DNA of 64,000 nt from an uncultured Burkholderiales bacterium (GTDB lineage: Bacteria > Pseudomonadota > Gammaproteobacteria > Burkholderiales > Burkholderiaceae_C). The notes under the pieces are model-generated. The model did not search any database. It was not told the origin of the DNA and saw only the letters and a list, made by a program, of their open reading frames with translations. Positions 1 through 9,851 of this stretch are shown in pieces; the first letter of the stretch is position 1, and each line of letters starts with the position of its first letter. The stretch lies in the NCBI GenBank assembly GCA_903844775.1, contig CAIMUZ010000182.1, positions 312-64,311 of the forward strand. The letters run 5' to 3'. A program made the position numbers and the translations under genes.

Positions 1-968
1 CCGTAAGTGACAAAGTCGTGACGGTCTGGCAATTTGCCATTCGGAAGCGTCTTCACCCAATCAGGATGGGGGGCCAAGACGATGGTATTGCCTAAAAATG
101 AAGTGGCTTTGTGTCGCCACTTTAACTGCTTGTCCAGCCAACCTGGGATCACCGCTTTTTGAAAATGTGGGTACAACACCAGCTTGGATTTGCCACTGGA
201 TGTCGTTGCCCCTCCCGTCCAAGCTAGATGCAGGTGATAGTCCGTGATGCCGCCATCCCAGTAGGCGCCAGGTGGTGCGCCTGGAATGTCATGAACAGCT
301 TTAAGCACAAAAGGTATGGCGCAACTGGCTTGCAGCACATCCATGAAATTATTCGGATTCAATGACAATTGCCTGGTCGCGTAATCGTGAGTCGAAAAAG
401 GCAAATCTCCCGCTGAAGAAAATACCACACGCTCTAACAAAGTTCCCATGGCTTGACGGCTGAGGACGTTACTCAAAAAAGCAAGGCCATAACCAAGCGC
501 ACTCCAGACAGCGTGTTCTCGCTTAAGCAAGCCTTTGCCCCTTGAAGTCACAACATGCAAGCGAAAACGCGGATGCATCAACAACGCATCGATGTGGCCG
601 GTATAGAACCTGTCCAAACTTTCGCGAAAAGAGTCACTCACTTGTTTAGCACCAGGAGACTTCTCTCCAGGTCGGAGTTCGTAGTGCTGGTGAATGTAAT
701 CGTGCTCCAAACGAAGCAAGCCCGCTTGGCTTTCCGGCATGCAGGCAGTTGCCATGCGCCATGCGCCAATAGAGGCGCCCACCAGATCAATCGCATGTTG
801 GCTTGTGGGCAACCATTCGTTGAAGAGAAATCGGTCCATCGGACCCAAGATCAACCCTTTAGGCCCCCCTGCTGCAGCTGGAATGACGCCCACATCGGCG
901 GCGCTCAAACCATGGTGCCTGAGGTGTTCTTTGGCCTGTGGGCCGGCGTAGATGCAAAGCGCTTTCAT
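1..968 (-). CDS. Patatin-like phospholipase family protein (3' end runs off the window)
   Basis: Missing from the ORF track. Manual translation from ATG at 968 gives MKALCIYAGPQA...AAAGGPKG (Gly-rich loop), GASIG (GxSxG nucleophile) and YWDGG (DGG motif). The frame is open to base 1. Confidence 0.85.
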   Translation of the reverse strand, partial: MKALCIYAGPQAKEHLRHHGLSAADVGVIPAAAGGPKGLILGPMDRFLFNEWLPTSQHAIDLVGASIGAWRMATACMPESQAGLLRLEHDYIHQHYELRPGEKSPGAKQVSDSFRESLDRFYTGHIDALLMHPRFRLHVVTSRGKGLLKREHAVWSALGYGLAFLSNVLSRQAMGTLLERVVFSSAGDLPFSTHDYATRQLSLNPNNFMDVLQASCAIPFVLKAVHDIPGAPPGAYWDGGITDYHLHLAWTGGATTSSGKSKLVLYPHFQKAVIPGWLDKQLKWRHKATSFLGNTIVLAPHPDWVKTLPNGKLPDRHDFVTY

Positions 969-1016
969 GAAAAACTGATCAACCCATCAATGAAATAACC
1001 AGTTGCCTTGAACCAT

Positions 1017-3416
1017 TCAAGACTTGTTTTGCAATTTGGCAAATGCAGAGGCCATGGCGCTCTGGCCCGCAAGAATTGACTGCGAAAACGTTGAATTTTT
1101 GTGTCCTGGCTGATGATTTCGGGGGCCACCCTCAAAACGATTTTCTCGCGAACTCGCAGCATTGGGCGTGGCTGCGTCGCTGAGCTTCATGGTTAAACCA
1201 ATTCGCTTTCGCGCCACATCCACTTCCGTTACTTTAACTTTCACAATGTCACCGGTCTTCACCACTTCGCGCGCATCGGTGACAAACTTGTTGCTCAATT
1301 GGCTCACGTGAACCAAGCCGTCTTGATGAACGCCCAAGTCAATGAAGGCACCAAAAGCCGCCACGTTGCTGACAGTACCCTCCAGGACCATGCCTTCTTT
1401 GAGATCGCGAATGTCATCAACACCCTCGTTGAACCTGGCCACTTTGAAGTCAGGGCGCGGATCTCGGCCCGGCTTTTCAAGTTCAACCAAAATGTCCTTG
1501 ACCGTGATAACGCCGAATTTTTCGTTGACAAAAGACTCTGGCCGCAATGTTTTGAGCAGGTCTGCCAGGCCCATGACATTTTCAACAGGCTGCGCGACTT
1601 TGGCCATGATGGCTTCCACCACAGGGTATGTTTCAGGATGGACGCCGGTCATGTCCAGGGGATTGTCACCCCCACGAATGCGCAAAAACCCTGCGCTTTG
1701 CTCGAAAGTTTTGGCACCCAGTCCGGAAACCTTGAACAAATCTTGTCGGTTTTTAAAGGCACCATTGGCTTCGCGCCAACGAACCACAGATTTGGCAACG
1801 CCCCCTGATAACCCAGACACGCGCGAAAGCAATGGAACGCTGGCGGTATTCAAATCAACCCCAACAGCATTCACGCAATCTTCTACGACAGTTTCGAGGG
1901 TGCGCGCCAGTTCGGTTTGATTGACATCATGCTGATACTGCCCAACACCAATGGACTTCGGATCTATTTTGACGAGTTCGGCCAAAGGATCTTGCAAACG
2001 ACGCGCAATGCTAGCGGCACCGCGCAAACTCACGTCAACGTCGGGCATTTCTTGGCTTGCAAATTCACTGGCCGAATAGACCGAAGCACCCGCCTCGCTC
2101 ACGACCACTTTTTGAATTTCAGGACTGTCGGCAGTCTTTAGAAGTTTGATCAAGTCAGCAGCCAGTTTGTCTGTTTCTCGGCTGGCCGTTCCATTGCCGA
2201 TGGCAATCAAATTAACCCCATGCTTTTGGCAGCACTTGTGCAAGGTGTGCAGCGCACCGTCCCAGTCTCTTCGAGGTTCATGAGGGTAAACCGTAGCAGT
2301 TTCGACCAACTTGCCTGTTGTGTCCACCACAGCGACTTTCACACCGGTTCGAATACCCGGGTCAAGGCCCAACACCACACGTGGACCTGCAGGCGCGGCC
2401 AGCAACAAGTCGCGCAGGTTGTCGGCAAATACTTTGATGGCCACTTTTTCGGCCTCCTCACGCAGGCGCGCAAACAAATCTCGTTCTAGCGACAGACTGA
2501 GCTTGACACGCCAAGTCCACAAAATGGTTTTTCGGATCAAATCATCTGATGCCCTGTCACTGTGTGACCAATCTAGACGAATGGCAATGCGCCCCTCAGC
2601 CAAAGCACTGGCAGCTTGGGCTGCTGCGGTGGCTGAGAGTGGCGCAGAGGAGACGCTCAAAGAATCTGGTTCAGGCAATGACAACTTAGCGTCCAAGCAC
2701 TCCAAGGCACGTCCACGAAATACCGCCAAAGCACGGTGCGAGGGCACGCGACCGATGGGCTCGCTGTAATCAAAGTAGTCTCTAAATTTGGCCACTTCCG
2801 GCTGGTTTTCATCTTTACCAGAAGACAATTGGCTGGTGAAAAGGCCTTCTTTCCAAAGCCACTCGCGCAGTGTTTGAATGAGAGAGGCATCTTCAGCCCA
2901 ACGTTCGGACAAGATATCGCGGACACCGTCTAAGACAGCACCCACAGTCGAGAAGTCTGCGCCCTCAATGGCATCCGACGGTTTTAAATAAACTTGCGCT
3001 TCATCTTGAGGGTTTAAGGCAGGATTGGCCCAAAGTGCATCTGCCAATGGTTCAATGCCCGCTTCTTTGGCAATCATGCCCTTGGTTCTGCGTTTGGGCT
3101 TGAAGGGCAAGTACAAGTCTTCCAAGTCTTGCTTGGTGGCTGCCAGTTCAATGGCCTTTTGAAGTTCTGGTGTTAATTTGCCCTGATCACCAATGCTTTT
3201 GAGAATGGTCGTGCGGCGCTCTGCCATTTCTCGCAAGTAGTCCAGACGGTACTCCAATTCACGCAATTGAATGTCGTCCAATCCGCCTGTCACTTCTTTG
3301 CGATAACGTGCAATGAAAGGTACGGTGGCACCGCCGTCTAACAAATTCACGGCCGCCTGAACTTGCTCAGGACGAATTTTAATTTCAAGGGCCAACTGAC
3401 CTAGTATTTTCTGCAT
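1017..3416 (-). CDS. tex: Tex family RNA-binding transcriptional accessory protein
   Basis: GATVPFIARYRKE N-terminus, YqgF-like LGLDPGIRTG, HhH region and C-terminal S1 domain (FGAFIDLGVHQDGLVHVS). Confidence 0.95.
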   Translation of the reverse strand: MQKILGQLALEIKIRPEQVQAAVNLLDGGATVPFIARYRKEVTGGLDDIQLRELEYRLDYLREMAERRTTILKSIGDQGKLTPELQKAIELAATKQDLEDLYLPFKPKRRTKGMIAKEAGIEPLADALWANPALNPQDEAQVYLKPSDAIEGADFSTVGAVLDGVRDILSERWAEDASLIQTLREWLWKEGLFTSQLSSGKDENQPEVAKFRDYFDYSEPIGRVPSHRALAVFRGRALECLDAKLSLPEPDSLSVSSAPLSATAAAQAASALAEGRIAIRLDWSHSDRASDDLIRKTILWTWRVKLSLSLERDLFARLREEAEKVAIKVFADNLRDLLLAAPAGPRVVLGLDPGIRTGVKVAVVDTTGKLVETATVYPHEPRRDWDGALHTLHKCCQKHGVNLIAIGNGTASRETDKLAADLIKLLKTADSPEIQKVVVSEAGASVYSASEFASQEMPDVDVSLRGAASIARRLQDPLAELVKIDPKSIGVGQYQHDVNQTELARTLETVVEDCVNAVGVDLNTASVPLLSRVSGLSGGVAKSVVRWREANGAFKNRQDLFKVSGLGAKTFEQSAGFLRIRGGDNPLDMTGVHPETYPVVEAIMAKVAQPVENVMGLADLLKTLRPESFVNEKFGVITVKDILVELEKPGRDPRPDFKVARFNEGVDDIRDLKEGMVLEGTVSNVAAFGAFIDLGVHQDGLVHVSQLSNKFVTDAREVVKTGDIVKVKVTEVDVARKRIGLTMKLSDAATPNAASSRENRFEGGPRNHQPGHKNSTFSQSILAGQSAMASAFAKLQNKS

Positions 3417-3428
3417 CTCGAGGACTAT

Positions 3429-4337
3429 TTATGAATCGGTGCGCAGTTCAGCTTTTAATTTTTCCCCAATATCAGGCCGTGCTGTAAAGGGATTGGGTGG
3501 ATTTTGCTGCTGAACAATGGCATCCATGCGAGTTTGAACATTGCCCAATGCGTGAGGATGACTGTAGATGTAAAACTGATCTGCTGCGATAGCTTCAAAG
3601 ACCATCCGGGCTGTATCTGCGGCGGATACCTTGCCACTGTTGACCGCTTTGTCGCTCATGGCTTGGCCGATCAATTGGCTCTTCGTGGCTTTTTGATGGG
3701 GTAGATCTGCAGGCCGGTTGCGGTGACTTTGACTGATGCCAGTGGGTACAAAGTACGGACACAGCACACTGGCGCTCACCTGATCGGTGACCAGTTTTAA
3801 GTCTTGGTACAAGGTTTCGGTCAGGGCCACCACAGCGTGTTTGCTGACGTTGTAAACGCCCATATTGGGTGCGGTTAACAAACCTGCCATGCTAGCGGTG
3901 TTCACAATATGACCTTGATAGTTGGGATCTTTTTTGGCTGCAGCCAGCATCATGGGCGTGAACAAACGAACGCCGTGAACCACGCCCCATACGTTGACCC
4001 CTAAGACCCATTGCCAATCGGCGACTGTGTTTTCCCAAACCAAGCCACCAGAGCCGACACCCGCATTGTTAAAAACAAAATGAGGTGCGCCGAAATGGGA
4101 TTCCACATCTTTGGCCAAGGCTTCCATTTGGGAAGCATTGGACACGTCAATTTTCTTGGCCAGCACATTGATACCCAGGGCCTTCAGCTCCGCTTCAGCT
4201 TTGTCGAGGGCATCCTGTTGAACATCGACCAACACCACGTTCATTTTGTAGCTGGCTGCAATGCGCGCACATTCCAAGCCAAAGCCTGAAGCACCGCCAG
4301 TGAGAACGGCGGTTTTATTTTCAAAGTGTTGAATCAT
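3429..4337 (-). CDS. Short-chain dehydrogenase/reductase
   Basis: TGGASGFG, NNAG and YNVSK (YxxxK) motifs. Confidence 0.9.
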   Translation of the reverse strand: MIQHFENKTAVLTGGASGFGLECARIAASYKMNVVLVDVQQDALDKAEAELKALGINVLAKKIDVSNASQMEALAKDVESHFGAPHFVFNNAGVGSGGLVWENTVADWQWVLGVNVWGVVHGVRLFTPMMLAAAKKDPNYQGHIVNTASMAGLLTAPNMGVYNVSKHAVVALTETLYQDLKLVTDQVSASVLCPYFVPTGISQSHRNRPADLPHQKATKSQLIGQAMSDKAVNSGKVSAADTARMVFEAIAADQFYIYSHPHALGNVQTRMDAIVQQQNPPNPFTARPDIGEKLKAELRTDS

Positions 4338-5269
4338 GGCGATACCTTTTTCAATACGAAGCCATTCCGGGGAAAGTGAACATGAACAGTTCCTGCACGC
4401 GCATCATGGCGTTTCAAAATCAGTCGTGTTTTGGTAGCGGCAACCAAGATACCTGTCGTGGGTTCTAAACCAAAGTTGTCAGCGGTGATGGTGACCTCGG
4501 ATCCCAACTCAATGCCGTGCTCGTCAATGAACGGCAGTGTGCTCACATCCAAAGGTGTTGCTTTCTGAGCCACCTGTAGGGCTTCCTCGGACTTCATGGG
4601 TGCTGACGAATGGTGACCAATGGCCTTCATGCGTGTCATCCAGTCTTTGATCAAGGGCGTTGCATCCAAAATAGCCGCCAAACTAGGTGTGCGCTCCTGC
4701 GTAAACCAGAGTGGGTGATAAGCAGAAAAGTCAGTAATGCTGGGCTTGTCTCCCATGAGGTAGTCATGTTCAGTGAGCATGTCTGACAAACGTCTCAATT
4801 GGCTTTTGTAGGTGGCCCTAGCCTCCCCTGGTGCCATGCGCGGCGCACCGCCTCGCATGGCAGAACGATCGGCCACAAAAGCCTTCACCGCTTCTTCAGG
4901 GGCCCCATGAAAAACATCGGCAACACCTGAAGGTTGAAAGTTATAAGCCATGGCCGCTGCAAAAACTGTACTGTCTGCCCACTGCGCCACAATGCGTGAC
5001 ACACCATTGGCAGAGGCAGGATACAAATTGGGCGTGGGCTGTAACTTGTCTAGAACTTCTGCAATCAGGCTGGTATCGCAATAGACATCAGCGCCAATTT
5101 GAAGGAGGGGCGTTCGGCGATGTCCACCTGTGAGGGCGGTGACATCTGGCTTAGGCATGATCATTGGAATGATGACGCTGTGCCATGCCAGTTGTTTCAA
5201 TCCAAAAATCAGGCGTATTTTTTCTGCAAAGGGAGAGGTCGGGTAATGATGAAGAATAAGGGAGCTCAT
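4334..5269 (-). CDS. Glutathione S-transferase family protein with C-terminal extension
   Basis: LHHYPTSPFAEKIR N-terminus, TPLLQIG and CDTSLI motifs. Overlaps the downstream SDR by ATGA. Confidence 0.8.
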   Translation of the reverse strand: MSSLILHHYPTSPFAEKIRLIFGLKQLAWHSVIIPMIMPKPDVTALTGGHRRTPLLQIGADVYCDTSLIAEVLDKLQPTPNLYPASANGVSRIVAQWADSTVFAAAMAYNFQPSGVADVFHGAPEEAVKAFVADRSAMRGGAPRMAPGEARATYKSQLRRLSDMLTEHDYLMGDKPSITDFSAYHPLWFTQERTPSLAAILDATPLIKDWMTRMKAIGHHSSAPMKSEEALQVAQKATPLDVSTLPFIDEHGIELGSEVTITADNFGLEPTTGILVAATKTRLILKRHDARAGTVHVHFPRNGFVLKKVSP

Positions 5270-5300
5270 GAGGGGACTTTCTTTTAAGAAACTTCAAACT

Positions 5301-6317
5301 TTAAATGAGCTTGACCAATTGCTTGCCAAAATTTTGACCTTTCAGCAGACCCATGAAAGCCTCTGGTGCCGCTGCCAATCCTTGAGCGATCGTCTCACGC
5401 GGCTTCAGTTGACCCGATGCCACCAAAGCAGAAAGTTCGGCCAATGCTTCTGGCCAGACTTCCAAATGTTCACTCACGATAAAGCCTTGAATTGCCAGGC
5501 GACTCTTCAAAATCAAGCTGGGGTGGGTCATGGGCAAGGGCTCACCGTTGTAACCGGCAATCATGCCGCAAATGGCAATTCGTGCGAAGTCATTGGCTCT
5601 GAGCATGACAGCATCTAGAACCATGCCACCCACATTTTCGAAATGTCCATCAATGCCGTTGGGACAGGCTTCTTTCAATGCGCCAGAAAGTGACATGTAG
5701 TCCTTGTGTTCCTTGTAGTCCACGCATGCATCAAATCCCAATTCATTGACCACGTAATCGCATTTGGGTTGACCGCCTGCAATGCCAACCACACGGCAAC
5801 CGCGGGCCTTGGCAAGCGCTCCATAGGCGCTGCCCACAGCGCCACTGGCAGCACTGACTGTCACAGTTTTTCCGGCGGAAGCCTGAATGATTTTATTCAA
5901 GCCATACCAAGCTGTGACACCTGGCATGCCAACTGCGCCTAGGTAATGACTGATGGCAATTTTCTTTGCGTCAACACTTTTCAATGCACCTGGAGCATCA
6001 GCGTTGACCACGCTGAATTGTTGCCAACCGCCCATGCATTGAACGGTTTGGCCCACGCTGAATTTGGCGTGTTTACTCTCAATCACTTCACCCACTGTGC
6101 CGCCAATCATGACCTCGTTCAAGGCTTGCGGTTGAGCATAATTTTTGCCAGCATTCATGCGGCCGCGCATGTAAGGGTCTAAGCTTAAATAGTGATGGCG
6201 AATCAGCACTTGCCCTTCTTTCAAGTCTGGGGTGGGTGCTGTGATTAATTTGAAATTGCTGCTGGAGACTTCGCCCGCTGGGCGGTTGTCCAAAACGATG
6301 ATGTGATTGATTGGCAT
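5301..6317 (-). CDS. NADP-dependent oxidoreductase (MDR family, PTGR/CurA-like)
   Basis: YLSLDPYMRGRM, GMPGVTAW, VSAASGAVGS and GQNFGKQLV motifs. Confidence 0.9.
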   Translation of the reverse strand: MPINHIIVLDNRPAGEVSSSNFKLITAPTPDLKEGQVLIRHHYLSLDPYMRGRMNAGKNYAQPQALNEVMIGGTVGEVIESKHAKFSVGQTVQCMGGWQQFSVVNADAPGALKSVDAKKIAISHYLGAVGMPGVTAWYGLNKIIQASAGKTVTVSAASGAVGSAYGALAKARGCRVVGIAGGQPKCDYVVNELGFDACVDYKEHKDYMSLSGALKEACPNGIDGHFENVGGMVLDAVMLRANDFARIAICGMIAGYNGEPLPMTHPSLILKSRLAIQGFIVSEHLEVWPEALAELSALVASGQLKPRETIAQGLAAAPEAFMGLLKGQNFGKQLVKLI

Positions 6318-6340
6318 TTTGTTTCTTTTTCGGTCTGTGT

Positions 6341-6769
6341 TTAATCTGTGGAAATATTCGAAGAAATTTTTGTGTTTCTCGGTGCAAACTTAAAGGTACC
6401 TGTTGAATGCGCACACAGGTCACCCTTTGCGTCAAAAACTTTACCTTCTGTAAATGCCATTGTTTTCGTTCGGTGAAGTAAAGCGCCTTGTGCGACCAAA
6501 TGTTGACCTGGGAGAGGTTTGGCCGGTCGCATAAAAGTGGTTTTCATTTCGATGGTGAAGACACCCATACCGATCTCTACACTGCGCGCTGCTGTGGCCA
6601 TGACCACGTCCAGCAAGGTCATGACTGCGCCGCCATGCACAATGTCAAAGGAGTTCAAGTGCTCAGGCAGCGGTTTGAAGTGCAATTCTGAATGGCCGTT
6701 TTCAAATTTTTCTAAAGTAAAACCCAAATGCTCCACAAAAGGAATGGGGACGCCAAATGAAATGCTCAT
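6341..6769 (-). CDS. PaaI family thioesterase
   Basis: HLNSFDIVHGGAVMTLLD hotdog-fold motif. Confidence 0.9.
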   Translation of the reverse strand: MSISFGVPIPFVEHLGFTLEKFENGHSELHFKPLPEHLNSFDIVHGGAVMTLLDVVMATAARSVEIGMGVFTIEMKTTFMRPAKPLPGQHLVAQGALLHRTKTMAFTEGKVFDAKGDLCAHSTGTFKFAPRNTKISSNISTD

Positions 6770-6775
6770 AGCGAC

Positions 6776-7567
6776 TTATCCGCCCATGATGGCGCTTACA
6801 CCGCCATCCACTGCCAACCACTGCCCTGTGATGTGTTTACCTGCATCGCTGGCATAGAGCACAGTCAAGCCTTTGAGGTCTTCACTGTCACCCAAGCGTT
6901 GAAGAGGTGCGTGACTGGCCATTCGCTCTTCACCCATCTTTTCGATCAAACCCATGGACATTTTGCTGGGGAAAAATCCGGGACAAATGGCATTGACTGT
7001 GATGCCATGTTGGCCCCACTCACCGGCCAAGGCCTTGGTGAAAGTGATCACTGCACCTTTTGACGTGTTGTAAGCAATGGTCTGCATTTCAATCGGGTTG
7101 CCAGCCAATCCAGTAATGGAAGAGATGTTCAAAATACGGCCTTTTTTATTTGGAATCATGGACAGCTTGGCAACTTCTTGCGACAAAATAAAGTAGCCAC
7201 GAACATTCAGATTCATCACCTTGTCCCAAGCGGAAACAGGATGTTCTTCAGCAGGCGCGCCCCAAGTCGCACCGGCATTGTTGACCAAGATGTCGATCCG
7301 TCCCATGCGCCTCATTGTCTCTTGCGCTAAGCTGCGAATGTCTTCTTCTCTGCCACAATCGGCAGCGATGTAGTCGGCTTCGATGCCAGCGGCCTTGAGT
7401 TCAGCAACAGCGTCTTGCAAGTCATCGGCTTTGCGCGAACTCAGCATGAGGCGCGCACCCGCTTCGCCCAATGCATGGGCCATTTGAAGTCCCAAGCCAC
7501 GAGAACCGCCAGTGACCAAAGCGGTTTGTCCTGTCAAATCAAAAAGTTGTTGAATATTGCGTGTCAT
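6776..7567 (-). CDS. Short-chain dehydrogenase/reductase
   Basis: TGGSRGLG, NNAG and YNTSK motifs. Confidence 0.9.
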   Translation of the reverse strand: MTRNIQQLFDLTGQTALVTGGSRGLGLQMAHALGEAGARLMLSSRKADDLQDAVAELKAAGIEADYIAADCGREEDIRSLAQETMRRMGRIDILVNNAGATWGAPAEEHPVSAWDKVMNLNVRGYFILSQEVAKLSMIPNKKGRILNISSITGLAGNPIEMQTIAYNTSKGAVITFTKALAGEWGQHGITVNAICPGFFPSKMSMGLIEKMGEERMASHAPLQRLGDSEDLKGLTVLYASDAGKHITGQWLAVDGGVSAIMGG

Positions 7568-7585
7568 AAATTATCCTTCAAATAA

Positions 7586-7924
7586 TCAAATCCAAAAGTC
7601 CATGCAACTGCGTTGTTGGACCACTGATTTCATAAAAGGTTTGATGGCCAAATGATCGGGATGATTTTGATAGGCCTTCAAGGTCGCCTCATCTTTAAAG
7701 ACGGAGTTCAATATTAAATCACTGGTGCAGTCTTGCCCCTCCGTTTTGATGCCAACTTCGAACACAAGAATGCCAGGAACCAAGTTGGCAAACTGCATCA
7801 AAATATCCCGCGCCTTCAGCATGTTGTCGTGTCTACTTCGACCTTCTGCTTCGTCTTTCAAGGTCCACATCACAATGTGCCTCAGACCTGACTGAACGGT
7901 TTGATTTGATCTTTGCAGAGTCAT
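7586..7924 (-). CDS. Dabb (stress-responsive A/B barrel) family protein
   Basis: LRHIVMW...AYQNHPDH pattern. Start placed at the ATG (7924-7922) that overlaps the upstream TAA as TAATG. Confidence 0.75.
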   Translation of the reverse strand: MTLQRSNQTVQSGLRHIVMWTLKDEAEGRSRHDNMLKARDILMQFANLVPGILVFEVGIKTEGQDCTSDLILNSVFKDEATLKAYQNHPDHLAIKPFMKSVVQQRSCMDFWI

Positions 7925-9774
7925 TAAAAAGCCTCCTCGGGTAAATTGGCACAAGTCATATCGCGATTGCTCACCACTTGCAGCCATGCCTCAATCTTGG
8001 GTAGTTCGTAATGGAAAAAGTATTTGGCGGCGGCCTGACGACCTGCATGAGCAGGACTTTCATCTGAGGGGCAAGACGCCGTGACATCGAGCCACACCCA
8101 GGCCAGCACCAAATGGCCAAATGCTTGTAAATAAGGCACCGCATTGGCCAAAGCTTCTTGCGGTTGGCCTGACGACCACGCCATTTGAGTGGCGGCCACC
8201 ACTTGATGCAACGCCTTTGTCAAGGCTTCGGCATGAGGCATCAAGTCTGGTTGAATCATGGCCTTGACAGCCGTTTGATGCATGCGATTCGCCAGCAACT
8301 GAAAGCCCCTGCCCTCTTCCATCAACACTTTTCGGCCCAACAAGTCCATGGCTTGAATGCCATGTGTACCTTCATGAATCATGTTCAAACGGTTATCGCG
8401 CCAATATTGCTCAACTGGAAAGTCGCGGGTGTAACCATAGCCACCGTGAATTTGGATAGCCAAACTGTTGGCTTCGAGACACCATTCACTGGGCCAACTT
8501 TTTGCGATTGGCGTTAAAACTTCTAGCAACAATCTGGCTTCATCGGCAGAAGTTTGTGATCCTGTGTGCTGTTCGTCGACCAACTTGGCACAATAGAGTT
8601 CAAGCGCTAACGCGCCTTCGCAGTAAGATTTTTGCGCTAACAGCATGCGTTTGATATCTGCATGCTCAATGATCCTGACTTGAGATTGCGCCGCATCTTT
8701 AACGACCTTTTGGCTGCCACCTGCAACCGGCCGACCTTGAGGACGGTTCTTGGCGTATTCAAGACTGGCCTGATAACCCGCCATGCCCAGCATGGTGGCC
8801 GCCAACCCCACACCGATCCGTGCTTCGTTCATCATGTGGAACATGTAACCCAAGCCGCGCCCTGGCTCACCCACCAAATAGCCGATGGCACCGCTGCCAT
8901 CGCTTTTGGTGTTGTCTGTTTGCACAGGGTACTTGCCCTCTCCAAAATTGAGCAAGGTGTTGGTGGTGCCACGCCATCCGCATTTGTGATTGAGGCCCGC
9001 CAAAGCAACGTCATTGCGAACGCCGCTGAGCTCTCCTTTTACGTTCACCAATTTCTTTGGCACCACAAACAAAGATATCCCTTTCACGCCAGGCACGAGT
9101 TTGCCATCAGTGCCTGGTATTTTGGCCAAAACCAAATGGATGATGTTTTCTGTCAGTTCATGTTCGCCTGCGGAGATCCACATCTTGTTCCCCTTCAAGC
9201 GATAGCGTGGGCCCAAAGGATCGACTGCAAAGGCTTCCCCATCGGGTGTGGCCCGCGTCATCACATCGCTCAAGGATGAGCCTGCTTGCGGTTCTGACAA
9301 ACACATGGTGCCTGACCACCGACCCGAAAATTCGTTGAGCGCAAAAACCTCTTTTTGCAAGGTTGAGCCGTGCGCCATCAATAAGTTGGCATTGCCGACG
9401 GTCAACATGCCAGACCCCATGCTGACAGAAGCCATGGCAAAAAAAGTGTTGGCGGCAGCTTCTACGGTGTAGGGCAACTGCATTCCACCAATTTCGTAGT
9501 CTTGCGCTGCACTCAACATACCCGAGGCTGCATAGGCTTGATGTGCTTCGTGAGTGGCCTGTGGCAAGATGACTTTTTCGCCATCAAAATGAGGCTCTTC
9601 GGTATCGACAAGCCGATTGAACGGAGCGTATTTTTCACGTGCGATTTTCTCGCATGTATCGAGCACCGCATCAAATGTTTCGCGACTGTGATCGGAGAAT
9701 CTGGCGCGTTCTTGCAAACGCTCAACTTCCAACCATTCATACAAGAAGAAATCTAAAGTGGATCGCAGAGTCAT
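7924..9774 (-). CDS. Acyl-CoA dehydrogenase (long, DmdC-like subfamily)
   Basis: GTMCLSEPQAGS, MFHMMNEARIG, QIHGGYGY and IHEGTHGIQAMDL motifs. ATG at 9774 preferred over the TTG at 9789. Confidence 0.92.
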   Translation of the reverse strand: MTLRSTLDFFLYEWLEVERLQERARFSDHSRETFDAVLDTCEKIAREKYAPFNRLVDTEEPHFDGEKVILPQATHEAHQAYAASGMLSAAQDYEIGGMQLPYTVEAAANTFFAMASVSMGSGMLTVGNANLLMAHGSTLQKEVFALNEFSGRWSGTMCLSEPQAGSSLSDVMTRATPDGEAFAVDPLGPRYRLKGNKMWISAGEHELTENIIHLVLAKIPGTDGKLVPGVKGISLFVVPKKLVNVKGELSGVRNDVALAGLNHKCGWRGTTNTLLNFGEGKYPVQTDNTKSDGSGAIGYLVGEPGRGLGYMFHMMNEARIGVGLAATMLGMAGYQASLEYAKNRPQGRPVAGGSQKVVKDAAQSQVRIIEHADIKRMLLAQKSYCEGALALELYCAKLVDEQHTGSQTSADEARLLLEVLTPIAKSWPSEWCLEANSLAIQIHGGYGYTRDFPVEQYWRDNRLNMIHEGTHGIQAMDLLGRKVLMEEGRGFQLLANRMHQTAVKAMIQPDLMPHAEALTKALHQVVAATQMAWSSGQPQEALANAVPYLQAFGHLVLAWVWLDVTASCPSDESPAHAGRQAAAKYFFHYELPKIEAWLQVVSNRDMTCANLPEEAF

Positions 9775-9796
9775 GGCAAAGAGTTTCAACAGAAAT

Positions 9797-9833
9797 TAAA
9801 ACGGGCGGCCAGCGTGGTTAGCGGGACGCCCGT
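9797..9833 (-). terminator. GC-rich stem-loop between thiolase and acyl-CoA dehydrogenase (weak terminator or mRNA stabiliser)
   Basis: ACGGGCG...CGCCCGT inverted repeat followed by TTTT AATTT on the minus strand. Confidence 0.45.
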
Positions 9834-9851
9834 GGAAGCAAGAGGTCTGTG

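Noticed and set aside
555-998. 147-aa plus-strand ORF in the ORF track
   Set aside because: It is the antisense shadow of the patatin-like gene, which has clear catalytic motifs.
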